Shown: one piece after another, positions 1-9,666 of the stretch
How the letters are laid out: every line of letters begins with the position of its first letter
Position numbering within the stretch: the stretch's first letter is position 1
IMG/VR virus record: IMGVR_UViG_3300046779_000186
Location: 1-35,021 of that record
DNA from: a virus
Lineage: Duplodnaviria; Caudoviricetes
Direction: 5' to 3' (one strand)
DNA: 35,021 bases
The notes under the pieces: model-generated
Database searches by the model: none
Told to the model about the DNA's origin: nothing
The model's input: the letters and a program-made list of their open reading frames with translations, nothing else
Program-made: the position numbers and the translations under genes

Positions 1-2
1 CA

Positions 3-1091
3 ATTCTAATCAGTTTGGTTCGCCGTTCATTGCCTAACCTAATCGCTTATGATATTTGCGGTGTTCAGCCAATGACAGGTCCAACAGGTTTGATTTTTGC
101 AATGCGTTCAACATACGGTACAAGCCGCACTGTTGGTAACGAATCATTCTACAGTGAAGCTAACACAGCTTGGTCTGGTACTGGTTCACACGATGCTATC
201 ACATTGGCATCTGACACATCAACAGGTTCAGACAACGTATTCGCATCAGGTTTGGCAACAGGTTCAGGTCTTGCAACAGCTACTGCTGAAGATTTGACAC
301 CTAACGAAATGGGTTTCATGATTGAGAAAGTTTCTGTAACTGCAAAGACACGTGCTTTGAAGGCAGAATACTCAATGGAACTTGCACAAGACTTGAAGGC
401 AGTTCATGGTCTTGACGCTGAAACAGAATTGGCAAACATTTTGTCTGCTGAAATTCTTGCTGAAATCAACCGTGAAGTATTACGCACAATCTACACATCA
501 GCTAAAGTTGGTGCTCAGGTTGGTACTACAACAACAGGTACTTTCGACTTAGACACAGACTCAAACGGTCGTTGGATGGTTGAAAAGATTAAAGGTTTGG
601 CATTCCAAATCGAGCGTGAAGCAAATACAATTGCTAAGCAAACACGCCGTGGTAAAGGTAACACATTGATTTGTTCTTCAGACGTAGCTTCTGCTTTGGC
701 AATGGCTGGTTTGTTAGACTATCAATCAGCTCTTAACTCACAAGTAAACTTGACAGTTGACGATACAGGTAACACATTTGCTGGTACATTGTTTGGTCGC
801 ATCAAGGTGTATATTGACCCGTATTTCCCTGTATCATCAACAGCTGAATTTGCTGTAGTTGGTTACAAAGGTTCAAATGCTTATGACGCTGGCTTGTTCT
901 ACTGCCCATACGTTCCATTACAAATGGTTCGTGCAGTTGACACAAACAACTTCCAACCTAAGATTGGTTTCAAAACTCGTTACGGTTTGGTTGCTAACCC
1001 ATTTGCAAACGGTTCAACTCAAGGTTCTGGCAACATTACTGCGATGAGCAACGTTTACTACCGTGGTTTCAAAGTAGCAAACATCATGTAA
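3..1091 (+). CDS. gp23: Major capsid protein (T4 gp23 family), 5'-truncated by the window edge
   Basis: ILISLVRRSLPNLIAYDICGVQPMTGPTGLIFAMR, AKTRALKAEYSMELAQDLKAVHGLDAE and YCPYVPL...FQPKIGFKTRYG are hallmark gp23 motifs. The frame is open from base 3. Confidence 0.98.
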   Translation: MLISLVRRSLPNLIAYDICGVQPMTGPTGLIFAMRSTYGTSRTVGNESFYSEANTAWSGTGSHDAITLASDTSTGSDNVFASGLATGSGLATATAEDLTPNEMGFMIEKVSVTAKTRALKAEYSMELAQDLKAVHGLDAETELANILSAEILAEINREVLRTIYTSAKVGAQVGTTTTGTFDLDTDSNGRWMVEKIKGLAFQIEREANTIAKQTRRGKGNTLICSSDVASALAMAGLLDYQSALNSQVNLTVDDTGNTFAGTLFGRIKVYIDPYFPVSSTAEFAVVGYKGSNAYDAGLFYCPYVPLQMVRAVDTNNFQPKIGFKTRYGLVANPFANGSTQGSGNITAMSNVYYRGFKVANIM

Positions 1092-1117
1092 TAAAACTCC
1101 CGTTAAGAGGAGTAATT

Positions 1118-1146
1118 AAAAGACCACCTTCGGGTGGTCTTTTTTT
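1118..1146 (+). terminator. Rho-independent terminator with a cUUCGg tetraloop
   Basis: AGACCACC-TTCG-GGTGGTCT followed by a T-tract, just after the gp23 stop; typical of T4-type phages. Confidence 0.93.
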
Positions 1147-1151
1147 ATATG

Positions 1152-1159
1152 GATAAATA
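1152..1159 (+). promoter_or_regulatory. T4-type late promoter (NATAAATA)
   Basis: GATAAATA 5 nt before the gp3 ATG; the T4 late consensus is TATAAATA. Confidence 0.65.
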
Positions 1160-1164
1160 CAAGT

Positions 1165-1698
1165 ATGACTGCAATTACTAGAAACCCAACCAATCCAAAT
1201 ATGTTACAACCTAACAAGTTCACCTTGAACTTTTCTAGGTTACCAAACACTCAATATTTTTGCCAAGGTGTTTCTGTACCTGGTATTTCATTAAGTGAGG
1301 TTGTTCAAACAAACCCATTTATTGACATCTATTCTCCAGGTGAAAAAGCAATCTATGATTTAATGAATGTTACATTTTATGTTGATGAAGAATTGACGGC
1401 TTGGAAAGAAATACATGATTGGATTCGTGCAATGACTTTCCCTACGGAATATGCTGAATATCAACAACTAGGTAGATTATCAAAGAATATTAGTAACCCA
1501 AAAACTCCACAATTCTCTGATGCAATTCTTACCTTACATTCATCATCAAACACTCCACTTTACCGATTCAAACTTAAAGATTGTTTCCCAACAACTCTAT
1601 CCACTTTTGTTATGAGTGCAACTGATAGTCCAGACACCATCATTACGGCTGATGCGACATTCAGATTTGCCTATTATGATATTGAAAAACTGTTTTAA
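1165..1698 (+). CDS. gp3: Tail completion / sheath stabilizer protein (gp3-like)
   Basis: NxLQPNKFxLxFxRLPNTxYFCQxVxVPGI N-terminus, FxLKDCFPTxL motif, and position between gp23 and uvsY as in T4-like cyanophage gene order. Confidence 0.8.
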   Translation: MTAITRNPTNPNMLQPNKFTLNFSRLPNTQYFCQGVSVPGISLSEVVQTNPFIDIYSPGEKAIYDLMNVTFYVDEELTAWKEIHDWIRAMTFPTEYAEYQQLGRLSKNISNPKTPQFSDAILTLHSSSNTPLYRFKLKDCFPTTLSTFVMSATDSPDTIITADATFRFAYYDIEKLF

Positions 1699-1710
1699 TT
1701 ATGTTATAAT
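1682..1710 (+). promoter_or_regulatory. Sigma70-type promoter for uvsY-uvsW
   Basis: TTGAAA-N17-TATAAT with an extended TG; AAGGAGG RBS downstream. Confidence 0.65.
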
Positions 1711-1732
1711 CCTTTAAGGAGGATTTTTTATT

Positions 1733-2167
1733 ATGAATAAACTTGAAGAACTACTTGAAATGTGGCGTAAAGATTCTGTTATTGATAGAACAGAACCAGG
1801 CAAAGAATTAATCAACATACCGCAACTACACAGTAAGTATTTGAACATACTTTCTCGGCACCGTCTTTTGGCTAAAGAAGCCGAATTCAAGTATAACAAA
1901 ATGAAAAAGATTAAATGGGAATACTTTACAGGTAAACTCGATGATGAACAACTAAAACATTATGGTTGGGAACCATTTCAATTTGTGTTGAAATCCGACA
2001 TCACTACATATATGGAGAGTGACGAAGATTTAAATAAATTTATGGCAAGCAAAATTATGCATGAGGAAATTGTTGATGTATGTCAGGCAATTCTCAAAGA
2101 GTTGAACAGTAGAACTTTCCAATTGCGTGATTTTATACAATGGGAAAGATTCATACAAGGTGTCTGA
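1733..2167 (+). CDS. uvsY: Recombination mediator UvsY
   Basis: WxKDSxID, IPQLHSKYL, KWEYFTGK and RTFQLRDFIQWERF motifs; upstream of uvsW. Confidence 0.9.
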   Translation: MNKLEELLEMWRKDSVIDRTEPGKELINIPQLHSKYLNILSRHRLLAKEAEFKYNKMKKIKWEYFTGKLDDEQLKHYGWEPFQFVLKSDITTYMESDEDLNKFMASKIMHEEIVDVCQAILKELNSRTFQLRDFIQWERFIQGV

Positions 2168-3629
2168 TACAATTATAATTACTAAGGTCGATGAGGCCTT
2201 TGTTCATATAGATTGTGAAAGAAATATAGCACAAGAGCTTTCAGATTATTTCACATTCTATGTACCGGGTTATCAATTTACTCCGGCATATAAAAACAGA
2301 ATTTGGGATGGAAAGATACGTATGCTGGATTTAAGAACCAGTAAAATGTATCATGGTCTAGTTCCTTATATCGAAAAGTTTTGTGAAGAACGAGATTATA
2401 AAATCTTTGTAGAACCAAAGGTAAATCTTACAGAGAATTTTTCAATTAAAGAAGCCAAAGAATTTGTTTCTACTTTAAATGTTCCTTTTGAACCACACGA
2501 TTATCAATTGAGTTCATTTGTTCATGCGATTCGTAATAAACGAATTCTATTACTTTCTCCTACCGCATCAGGTAAATCATTCATTCAATATCTCATTCTG
2601 AGAAAAATACAAGACTCTGATTTTAAAAAAGGTTTATTGATTGTTCCCACAACATCATTAGTTGAACAGATGTATTCAGATTTCGAATCTTATGGATATG
2701 ATGCAGAAGAATATTGCCATAGACAATATGCAGGTAAAGATAAATTCTCTAACAAGTTTTTAACTATTACAACTTGGCAGTCTATCTACAAGAATCCACC
2801 AGAATACTTTGAACAGTTTGATTTTGTTTTAGGTGATGAGGCACATCAGTTTAAGGCTAAATCACTAACAACTATTATGACTGGTTTGAATCGTGCATCT
2901 TACCGAATTGGTTGCACAGGTACATTAGACGGCACACAAACACACCGGTTAGTATTAGAAGGTTTATTTGGTCCAGTTTATAAGGCAGTGACAACAAAAG
3001 AATTGATTGATAATGACCATCTTGCCGCATTTAAAATTAAATGTTTAGTTTTAAAATATGATGAGGTAGTATGTAAACAAGCCAGAGATTGGGACTATCA
3101 TACAGAGATGGACTACATAGTAGGAAATACAGCAAGAAATCAATTCATTAAAAATCTTGCCTTATCATTAAAAGGCAACTCACTTATATTATTTCAATTT
3201 GTTGAAAAACACGGTAAAATATTATATCAATTAATTAACGAAGAAAAGAAGAAACGAAAAGTATTCTTTGTATTCGGAGGAACAGATGTTGAAGTTCGTG
3301 AATCAATACGTGCAATTACTGAAAAAGAAAATGACGCTATTATTATTGCATCGTATGGTACCTTCTCTACTGGTATTAACATTCGTAATTTGCATAATGT
3401 GGTATTTGCAAGCCCTAGTAAAAGTCGTGTTCGCAATTTACAATCTATAGGTCGGGGATTAAGAAAAGGTGACAACAAAGAAGAAGCAGTATTATATGAT
3501 ATTGCAGATGACTTTAGAATAGGCAAATTTACCAATTATACATTGAAGCATTTTGTTGAACGTGTTAAAATATATGATGATGAAAAGTTCGAATACAAAT
3601 TCTATAACATAGAGCTTAAAAATGGATAA
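2160..3629 (+). CDS. uvsW: SF2 RNA-DNA/DNA helicase UvsW
   Basis: SPTASGKS Walker A, DEAH, GCTGT and QSIGRGLR motifs. Probable start is GTG 2160 overlapping the uvsY end (the ORF track starts at 2127). Confidence 0.95.
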   Translation: MSDTIIITKVDEAFVHIDCERNIAQELSDYFTFYVPGYQFTPAYKNRIWDGKIRMLDLRTSKMYHGLVPYIEKFCEERDYKIFVEPKVNLTENFSIKEAKEFVSTLNVPFEPHDYQLSSFVHAIRNKRILLLSPTASGKSFIQYLILRKIQDSDFKKGLLIVPTTSLVEQMYSDFESYGYDAEEYCHRQYAGKDKFSNKFLTITTWQSIYKNPPEYFEQFDFVLGDEAHQFKAKSLTTIMTGLNRASYRIGCTGTLDGTQTHRLVLEGLFGPVYKAVTTKELIDNDHLAAFKIKCLVLKYDEVVCKQARDWDYHTEMDYIVGNTARNQFIKNLALSLKGNSLILFQFVEKHGKILYQLINEEKKKRKVFFVFGGTDVEVRESIRAITEKENDAIIIASYGTFSTGINIRNLHNVVFASPSKSRVRNLQSIGRGLRKGDNKEEAVLYDIADDFRIGKFTNYTLKHFVERVKIYDDEKFEYKFYNIELKNG

Positions 3630-4062
3630 CATAAAAATAATTAGATTACAGTCAGGTGAAGATATCATCGCTGCATACAAAGAAGAAGATGGTGAAGGTG
3701 TTGTTCTATTAGGTAATCCTATGACATTAATGTTTAAGAGATTGCCAACAGGTAAAGCAATTATGTTGATGTCACCTTGGTTGCCTACAGAATTGATTGA
3801 GAGTAATTCTACCTGGTTATACAGTAATGATATTCTTGCAGTGATGCAACCTAAGGCACACTTGGTAGACTATTACAATGAATCTGTTAAAGAAATGCAA
3901 ATTGAAATGTTGGCTTCAGAAGATGCTGTCAAAGAATCATTAACTGACCCACAATACTTAGATGATTTTCAAGAAGAAGAATCTGAGGAAGTAAATGAAG
4001 ATGAATTAATGGAAGAGCTTAATCAGTTAAGACAAGATGTTAAGAAGAGGTTATTACATTAA
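3622..4062 (+). CDS. Conserved T4-like phage hypothetical protein (acidic C-terminus)
   Basis: IKIIRLQSGEDIIA...NPM...SPW pattern, in the slot between uvsW and gp55; overlaps the uvsW stop. Confidence 0.7.
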   Translation: MDNIKIIRLQSGEDIIAAYKEEDGEGVVLLGNPMTLMFKRLPTGKAIMLMSPWLPTELIESNSTWLYSNDILAVMQPKAHLVDYYNESVKEMQIEMLASEDAVKESLTDPQYLDDFQEEESEEVNEDELMEELNQLRQDVKKRLLH

Positions 4063-4159
4063 TTAGGTATTGGATAACTTATCTTCAAACCCAACACCGA
4101 GAGAATAACACTTGTCAAGCACTAAATGAGGCAAAGGTGCTAAAGAAATAAAAATAAAT

Positions 4160-4188
4160 TTGCCATTAGTATTTTGATATTATATAAT
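4160..4188 (+). promoter_or_regulatory. Sigma70-type promoter for gp55-47-46
   Basis: TTGCCA-N17-TATAAT. Confidence 0.65.
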
Positions 4189-4211
4189 GATTACATAACT
4201 TGGAATATATT

Positions 4212-4793
4212 ATGAGTAAAAAAACTAAACACTATATTAATAACGCAGACTTCTTAAAGGCATTGATAGATTATCGTGCTGCCTGTGATGAAGCTAAACG
4301 AACAGATAAACCAGACCCAATAGTACCTAATTATATTGGTGAATGTTTTATTAAGATTGCGGAACATCTATCTCGCAAACCAAACTTTGTATCTTACTCT
4401 TTCCGAGATGAGATGATTGCTGATGGTATTGAGAACTGTATCATGTATTTCCGTAATTTCAATCCAGATAAATCAAACAATCCATTTGCCTATTTTACTC
4501 AGATTATTTACTTTGCCTTTCTACGAAGAATCAGTAGAGAGAAGAAACAACTTTATGTGAAATACAAAGCTACTGAACAGTTCGGTATTTTAGATGAAGG
4601 TGAAATGTTCGAAGATGCCGAAGGCAATATGCAACAGTTTGTCATGTATGATAATATTGCTGAGTTCATTCATACCTTTGAAGAAAATAAAAAAGCAAAA
4701 AAGAAAACAAAAACAAAGGGACTCGAAAACTTCATTGAGGCAGAAATACCTCAAGTAGATGAAGAATTGCCTGAAATTCCACCTGAGTTGTAA
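4212..4793 (+). CDS. gp55: Late transcription sigma factor gp55
   Basis: HYINNADF, YIGECFIKIAEHLSRKPNF, DEMIADGIENC and NPFAYFTQIIYFAFLRRI motifs. Confidence 0.95.
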   Translation: MSKKTKHYINNADFLKALIDYRAACDEAKRTDKPDPIVPNYIGECFIKIAEHLSRKPNFVSYSFRDEMIADGIENCIMYFRNFNPDKSNNPFAYFTQIIYFAFLRRISREKKQLYVKYKATEQFGILDEGEMFEDAEGNMQQFVMYDNIAEFIHTFEENKKAKKKTKTKGLENFIEAEIPQVDEELPEIPPEL

Positions 4794-4808
4794 TATAATT
4801 AATAGATT

Positions 4809-5879
4809 ATGAAAATAGCCTTAATTAACGACACTCATGCAGGTGCTCGAGGAGACAATCCTTTATTCAACGAATACTTCTTTAAGTTTTGGGAAGGCAC
4901 ATTCTTTCCTTATTTGGAACAGAATAACATTACACATATCTGTCATCTAGGTGATGTAGTTGACCGTAGAAAGTTTATTAACTTTGTTACCTTAAACTCA
5001 TGGCGTAAACGATTCTTTGATGTTTTGGCTCAAAAGAAAATCACAATGGATGTTATTGTTGGTAACCACGATGTTACTTACAAGAATACCAATGAGATTA
5101 ATGCTATGCAAGAATTGTTTGACCATTATGATAACATCAATGTTTACACAGAACCTTTAACAAAAGAATATGAAGGTTGTAAAGTTGCATTGACACCTTG
5201 GATTAATTCAGGTAACTATGAACAATCATTAGAGTTTCTGAAAACTACTGAAGCACAGATTTGCTTTGGACATTTTGAGATTGCAGGCTTTGAAATGGAC
5301 AGAGGCAATATCTGCCACACAGGTATGAACAAAGAAACATTTGATAGATTTGATTTAGTATTATCTGGCCACTTTCACCATAAATCTACACACGATAACA
5401 TTTATTACCTTGGTAATCAATATGAAATTACTTGGGCGGATTATGGTGATGAACGTGGTTTTCATGTGTTTGATACTGAAACTAGAGAACTAACATTTGT
5501 TCCTAATCCATTTAAGATGTTTCATAAAATATCTTACGATGATGGTTCTACTGACTTTGAGTATTGGAAAGCTGTTGACTTTGAACAATACCGTGACACA
5601 TATGTTAAGATTGTTGTAGTCAATAAACAAAACCCGTATTTGTTTGATAATGTTTTAGATAGATTATACAAAGCTGGTGTTGCTGATATTGCCGTTGTTG
5701 AAGATTTTACCGATAGTTCGGTAGATTTAGATGAAGAAATCGTGAATCAGGCAGAAGATACTATGACTATACTAAACAAGTATATTGACGGCTTGACATT
5801 AAATGTTGAACCTGATAAACTCAAGAATATTATGAAAGAATTATATATTGAATCTCTAAATGTGGAAGTTAATGAATGA
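4809..5879 (+). CDS. gp47: Recombination nuclease subunit gp47 (Mre11/SbcD-like)
   Basis: DTH, LGD, GNHD, GH and SGHFH metallophosphoesterase motifs; precedes gp46. Confidence 0.95.
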   Translation: MKIALINDTHAGARGDNPLFNEYFFKFWEGTFFPYLEQNNITHICHLGDVVDRRKFINFVTLNSWRKRFFDVLAQKKITMDVIVGNHDVTYKNTNEINAMQELFDHYDNINVYTEPLTKEYEGCKVALTPWINSGNYEQSLEFLKTTEAQICFGHFEIAGFEMDRGNICHTGMNKETFDRFDLVLSGHFHHKSTHDNIYYLGNQYEITWADYGDERGFHVFDTETRELTFVPNPFKMFHKISYDDGSTDFEYWKAVDFEQYRDTYVKIVVVNKQNPYLFDNVLDRLYKAGVADIAVVEDFTDSSVDLDEEIVNQAEDTMTILNKYIDGLTLNVEPDKLKNIMKELYIESLNVEVNE

Positions 5880-7588
5880 TTGTATTCCGAAAGTTACGAT
5901 TTAAAAACTTTCTGTCAACAGGTAATCACTTTACAGAAATACAATTTGATAAATCTCCTAACACACTAATTGTTGGTAGTAACGGTGCAGGTAAATCTAC
6001 AATGCTTGATGCGTTGTGTTTTGCTTTGTTCAATAAAGCTTTCCGTAATATCACTAAGCCACAATTAATCAATTCTATCAATGAGAAAGATTGTGTTGTT
6101 GAGATTGAGTTTGATGCCCATAACAAATCATATAAGATTGTTCGTGGTATCAAACCTAACACTTTTGAAATTTATTGTAATGGTGAATTGATTAATCAAG
6201 ATGCGGCTATTCGTGACTATCAAGAATACCTTGAGAAGTTTATTCTTAAATTAAATTACAAATCATTCACACAAATTGTTATTCTTGGTTCGGCATCATT
6301 TGTTCCTTTCATGCAACTATCTTCTTCTGACCGTAGAGCCATCATTGAGGACTTACTTGATATTGGTATTTTCTCTACAATGAATGGTTTGTTGAAAGAT
6401 AAGATTGCTTTAAACAAAGAAGAATTAACTAACAACAAATATGATGTAGAGATTTCAACTCAGAATTATGCCTTACAAGAGAAACACATCAATCAGTTGA
6501 AACAGAACAATGAAGATAAGGTGAAAGAATATGAGGCAGAGATATTATCAAATAACGATACCTTGCAGTCCCTTCATGGAAAGATTGGGACAATCCAGGA
6601 AGAAATTGATATTCTTCAAGGACAGGTATCGTCTAAGCCTCAACTCGAAGCGAAACTCAAAGAAATATCTAAGATTGAATCAAAGGTTGAAACGAACTTA
6701 TCCAAATTTCGTAAAGATATCGGTTTCTTTGAACAGAATGACCATTGTCCAACGTGTAGGCAAACCATTACCTTGGAAGTTAAAGAGAAAGAAATCGAAT
6801 CTTTACAAGGGAAGGTTACAGAGTGTGAGCATGGTTTATCACAGATAGAGGCTAAACTATTAGAAGAACAAAATAAGTTAAATGCTATGATTGAAGTGCA
6901 GAAACAAATTCAGTCATTGAACATTCAAGTTGCTCAGAACAATACCACTATCAATGAAACTAACAAGTATATTGGTAAGTTACAGAAACAAATTGAGATG
7001 TTACAGAATACAAAGCAGAACCTTGATGAAGAAACTAAAAAATTAAATGATGTTAAGACTACTTTGGTTGCATTAGAAGCTAAGAAGAAAGAATTGATTG
7101 ATGAGAAAACTTATTATGATGCAGCTTCGATTCTGTTGAAAGACACCGGCATTAAAACTAAGATTGTCAAACAATACTTACCTGTTATCAATAAGTTGGT
7201 AAACAAATACTTGGCAAGTATGGATTTCTTTGTTAACTTTAATTTGGATGAATCATTTAAAGAAACAATCAAATCAAGACACCGTGATGAGTTTAGTTAT
7301 GCCTCATTCAGTGAGGGTGAGAAACAAAGAATTGATATGGCTTTGATGTTGACTTGGCGTGCAGTAGCTAAGTTGAAGAACAGTGCCAATACTAATCTAT
7401 TAATCTTAGATGAAGTATTTGATAGTAGTTTGGATGCAAATGGTACAGAATATCTGATGAACCTATTGCACTTGTTGGAAGATGTAAACTTGTTTGTTAT
7501 CAGCCACAAAGGTGATATTCTACAAGATAAATTTAGAAGTTTGGTTAGATTTGAGAAAGTAAACAATTTTAGTAGGATTGCAAAATGA
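5876..7588 (+). CDS. gp46: Recombination ATPase gp46 (Rad50/SbcC-like)
   Basis: GSNGAGKS, coiled coil with CPTC hook, FSEGEKQR signature, ILDEVFDSSLD and ISH motifs. Confidence 0.96.
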   Translation: MIVFRKLRFKNFLSTGNHFTEIQFDKSPNTLIVGSNGAGKSTMLDALCFALFNKAFRNITKPQLINSINEKDCVVEIEFDAHNKSYKIVRGIKPNTFEIYCNGELINQDAAIRDYQEYLEKFILKLNYKSFTQIVILGSASFVPFMQLSSSDRRAIIEDLLDIGIFSTMNGLLKDKIALNKEELTNNKYDVEISTQNYALQEKHINQLKQNNEDKVKEYEAEILSNNDTLQSLHGKIGTIQEEIDILQGQVSSKPQLEAKLKEISKIESKVETNLSKFRKDIGFFEQNDHCPTCRQTITLEVKEKEIESLQGKVTECEHGLSQIEAKLLEEQNKLNAMIEVQKQIQSLNIQVAQNNTTINETNKYIGKLQKQIEMLQNTKQNLDEETKKLNDVKTTLVALEAKKKELIDEKTYYDAASILLKDTGIKTKIVKQYLPVINKLVNKYLASMDFFVNFNLDESFKETIKSRHRDEFSYASFSEGEKQRIDMALMLTWRAVAKLKNSANTNLLILDEVFDSSLDANGTEYLMNLLHLLEDVNLFVISHKGDILQDKFRSLVRFEKVNNFSRIAK

Positions 7589-8157
7589 ATGATGAATTAA
7601 TTATTGACACCGGTAGTAATGTAGTAAAAGAAAATAGAACTGAACCGCTAACCGTATTTGATGAAAGACATCCTATGATGTCATCGGTAATGCCTGAATA
7701 TGATGTATCTTCTTTACCTAATTCACAAATGACAGAATTAGCGGCAAGACTGAAGATGACTATGAAGATGTATTCGGGTATTGGATTGTCAGCCAATCAG
7801 TGTGCCGTGCAGGAACGTGTGTTTGTTATTGGCACAGACCAATTCCAAATGGTTTGTATTAATCCTAGAATCATTAGTTTTTCGGTAGAAGAAACGAAAC
7901 GCAAAGAAGGTTGCCTCTCTAGTCCAGGACTATTTGTTACAATACCAAGAAGTAACTCAATAGATGTTGAATATTATAATGAAATTGGTGAATTGAAACA
8001 AGTTACCTTAGATGGTGTAACTGCTCAATGTTTCCAACATGAACTTGACCACTTGAATGGCATCACATTTACCTCTAAAGCTGGTCCTGTTGCGTTACAA
8101 TTAGCAAAGAAGAAACAACAGAAATTAATTAATAAAGTAAAGAAATTATATAGATAA
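7585..8157 (+). CDS. def: Peptide deformylase
   Basis: All three PDF motifs present: GIGLSANQ, EGCLS, QHELDHL. Confidence 0.95.
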   Translation: MNDELIIDTGSNVVKENRTEPLTVFDERHPMMSSVMPEYDVSSLPNSQMTELAARLKMTMKMYSGIGLSANQCAVQERVFVIGTDQFQMVCINPRIISFSVEETKRKEGCLSSPGLFVTIPRSNSIDVEYYNEIGELKQVTLDGVTAQCFQHELDHLNGITFTSKAGPVALQLAKKKQQKLINKVKKLYR

Positions 8158-9500
8158 TGGCATACGCATTTGACCCTAAAGATGATGTAGAAACGCAATG
8201 GCAGAAATGGCAAGAAGCCAACCCACCATCAACCTATTTGAATATTGATGAAACTGAATTGCGTGAAACAGTCATTAAAGACTTAACATATGTTTCTCAG
8301 ATGGATGTTAAAGAATATACACTCTACCAAAAGTGGTGTGAGATTCAACAAAAATATCCAACACAGAGAAACATGACTGTCTTTGGGGAAGAAGAAGTAT
8401 TCCTTGTTGACCCATCACAACAAAAGATTGTTGATGAGGTAAAGAGTAACATTTGGGTTCCAGAGAATCCTGATTCTTACCTTGACTTAGAGCCTGTATT
8501 GGAATATACAGACGATTCTGGTGAAACAACTCGCATCGCAGTTGATGGCACAGAAGTTAAGGTTGACAGAAAACGAAATAAAGAATTACCTGAAAAGTGG
8601 AATACTATCAGAAACTTTATTTCTACAATGAAGAACAATAGTAATATTGGTCGTAATCTAAATTTTATTGTTAAGGATAATAAAACAGGTAAGTATCTTG
8701 GTGTGATTTGTATTTCATCAGACTTTCTTGATTTAACTCCTCGTGATGATAAGATTGGTTGGCCGAGAGATTTGAAAACTACTGGTGGTATGATTAATCA
8801 CACTGCTATTGGTTCTACTATTGTTCCATTTCAACCACTAGGTTATAACTATGTGGGTGGTAAACTACTGGCTTTACTTTGTCTTTCTGATGAAGTTCAA
8901 AATCTTTGGAAGAAACAATATGGTGATACACTTATCGGTGTAACTACAACATCATTGTATGGCAAAACTAAAGCCGGTGGTCTTTCTCAGTATGATAACC
9001 TTGACCATTGGCAACCAATGGGCTTCACAAGTGGTTCAGTATCATTTGAACCTGAACGTGATACCCGTTATAAGATTCGTGAATGGTTAAAGGCAAATCA
9101 TACACGCAAATACTTTGAATGGTATGTTGCGAAAAAACCAAGTGGTCAACCACATAAGCGTGACCATAAAAATAGGTCTCTAGCGTTTACATACTCTAAG
9201 ATGAGTGTGCCAAAAGAACTAATCAGAACCGAACACGCAAGAGGTATATACTTTAGCCCGTTATACACAAACTCCTATGAATTCTTGCGAGGTGAGATTA
9301 AAGAAACTGAATTGGTAAAATCTTTTGATACCTCATACGAATCCCTAGTCAAGATTTGGAAAGAGAAACACGCTAGAGGCCGAATTGGTTTTCTAAAGAA
9401 GAAAGACAAGGTATCAAGTGAAGTATTATTTTATGATGATTTGATTTACCTTACTTGGGAAGAAACGAAAGCCAAATACTTAGGGCAAGTCGGTAGATAA
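8157..9500 (+). CDS. DUF4338/DruA-like protein (probable GNAT-fold modifier), paralog 1
   Basis: GRNLNFIVKD...LGVICISS...PRDDKIGW...PLGYNYVGGKLLALL...TTTSLYG...SQYDNL matches the motif chain I recall for DUF4338/DruA proteins; not database-verified. Confidence 0.65.
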   Translation: MAYAFDPKDDVETQWQKWQEANPPSTYLNIDETELRETVIKDLTYVSQMDVKEYTLYQKWCEIQQKYPTQRNMTVFGEEEVFLVDPSQQKIVDEVKSNIWVPENPDSYLDLEPVLEYTDDSGETTRIAVDGTEVKVDRKRNKELPEKWNTIRNFISTMKNNSNIGRNLNFIVKDNKTGKYLGVICISSDFLDLTPRDDKIGWPRDLKTTGGMINHTAIGSTIVPFQPLGYNYVGGKLLALLCLSDEVQNLWKKQYGDTLIGVTTTSLYGKTKAGGLSQYDNLDHWQPMGFTSGSVSFEPERDTRYKIREWLKANHTRKYFEWYVAKKPSGQPHKRDHKNRSLAFTYSKMSVPKELIRTEHARGIYFSPLYTNSYEFLRGEIKETELVKSFDTSYESLVKIWKEKHARGRIGFLKKKDKVSSEVLFYDDLIYLTWEETKAKYLGQVGR

Positions 9501-9522
9501 AAACCTTTGCCTTAAAAAAGGC

Positions 9523-9551
9523 TTGATTTTAATAAAAAAAGCCTATATAAT
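9523..9551 (+). promoter_or_regulatory. Sigma70-type promoter for the tRNA-like gene
   Basis: TTGATT-N17-TATAAT ending 9 nt before the tRNA 5' G. Confidence 0.7.
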
Positions 9552-9560
9552 TATATCAAT

Positions 9561-9628
9561 GCGGTGTAGTATAGACTAGAGTAGGTGTCCAATCTACTTG
9601 CTATGTGCGAATCATAGACACCGCTCCA
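9561..9628 (+). tRNA. Non-canonical tRNA-Gly(TCC)-like RNA, 68 nt, truncated D-arm
   Basis: Acceptor GCGGTGT/ACACCGC + T + CCA; T-arm CTATG-TGCGAAT-CATAG; anticodon arm (A)GTAGG-TGTCCAA-TCTAC(T); D region only about 13 nt. Confidence 0.8.
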
Positions 9629-9635
9629 AATACTT

Positions 9636-9666
9636 AACCCTACCCAAAAGGTAGGGTTTTTCTTTT
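9636..9666 (+). terminator. Rho-independent terminator after the tRNA-like gene
   Basis: AACCCTACC-CAAAA-GGTAGGGTT followed by TTTCTTTT. Confidence 0.88.

Noticed and set aside
1092-1164. Absence of gp24 after gp23 as an anomaly
   Set aside because: gp23-gp3-uvsY-uvsW is the usual order in cyanomyovirus-type T4-like phages.
4063-4150. Minus-strand promoter or small RNA upstream of gp55 (TGTCAA at 4113; AGCAC/GTGCT hairpin)
   Set aside because: No -10 at a valid spacing and the hairpin is weak.
9561-9628. Reading the aberrant tRNA as Trp (CCA)
   Set aside because: Shifting the loop by one base to centre CCA breaks the anticodon stem; the GCG acceptor start and U73 fit Gly.
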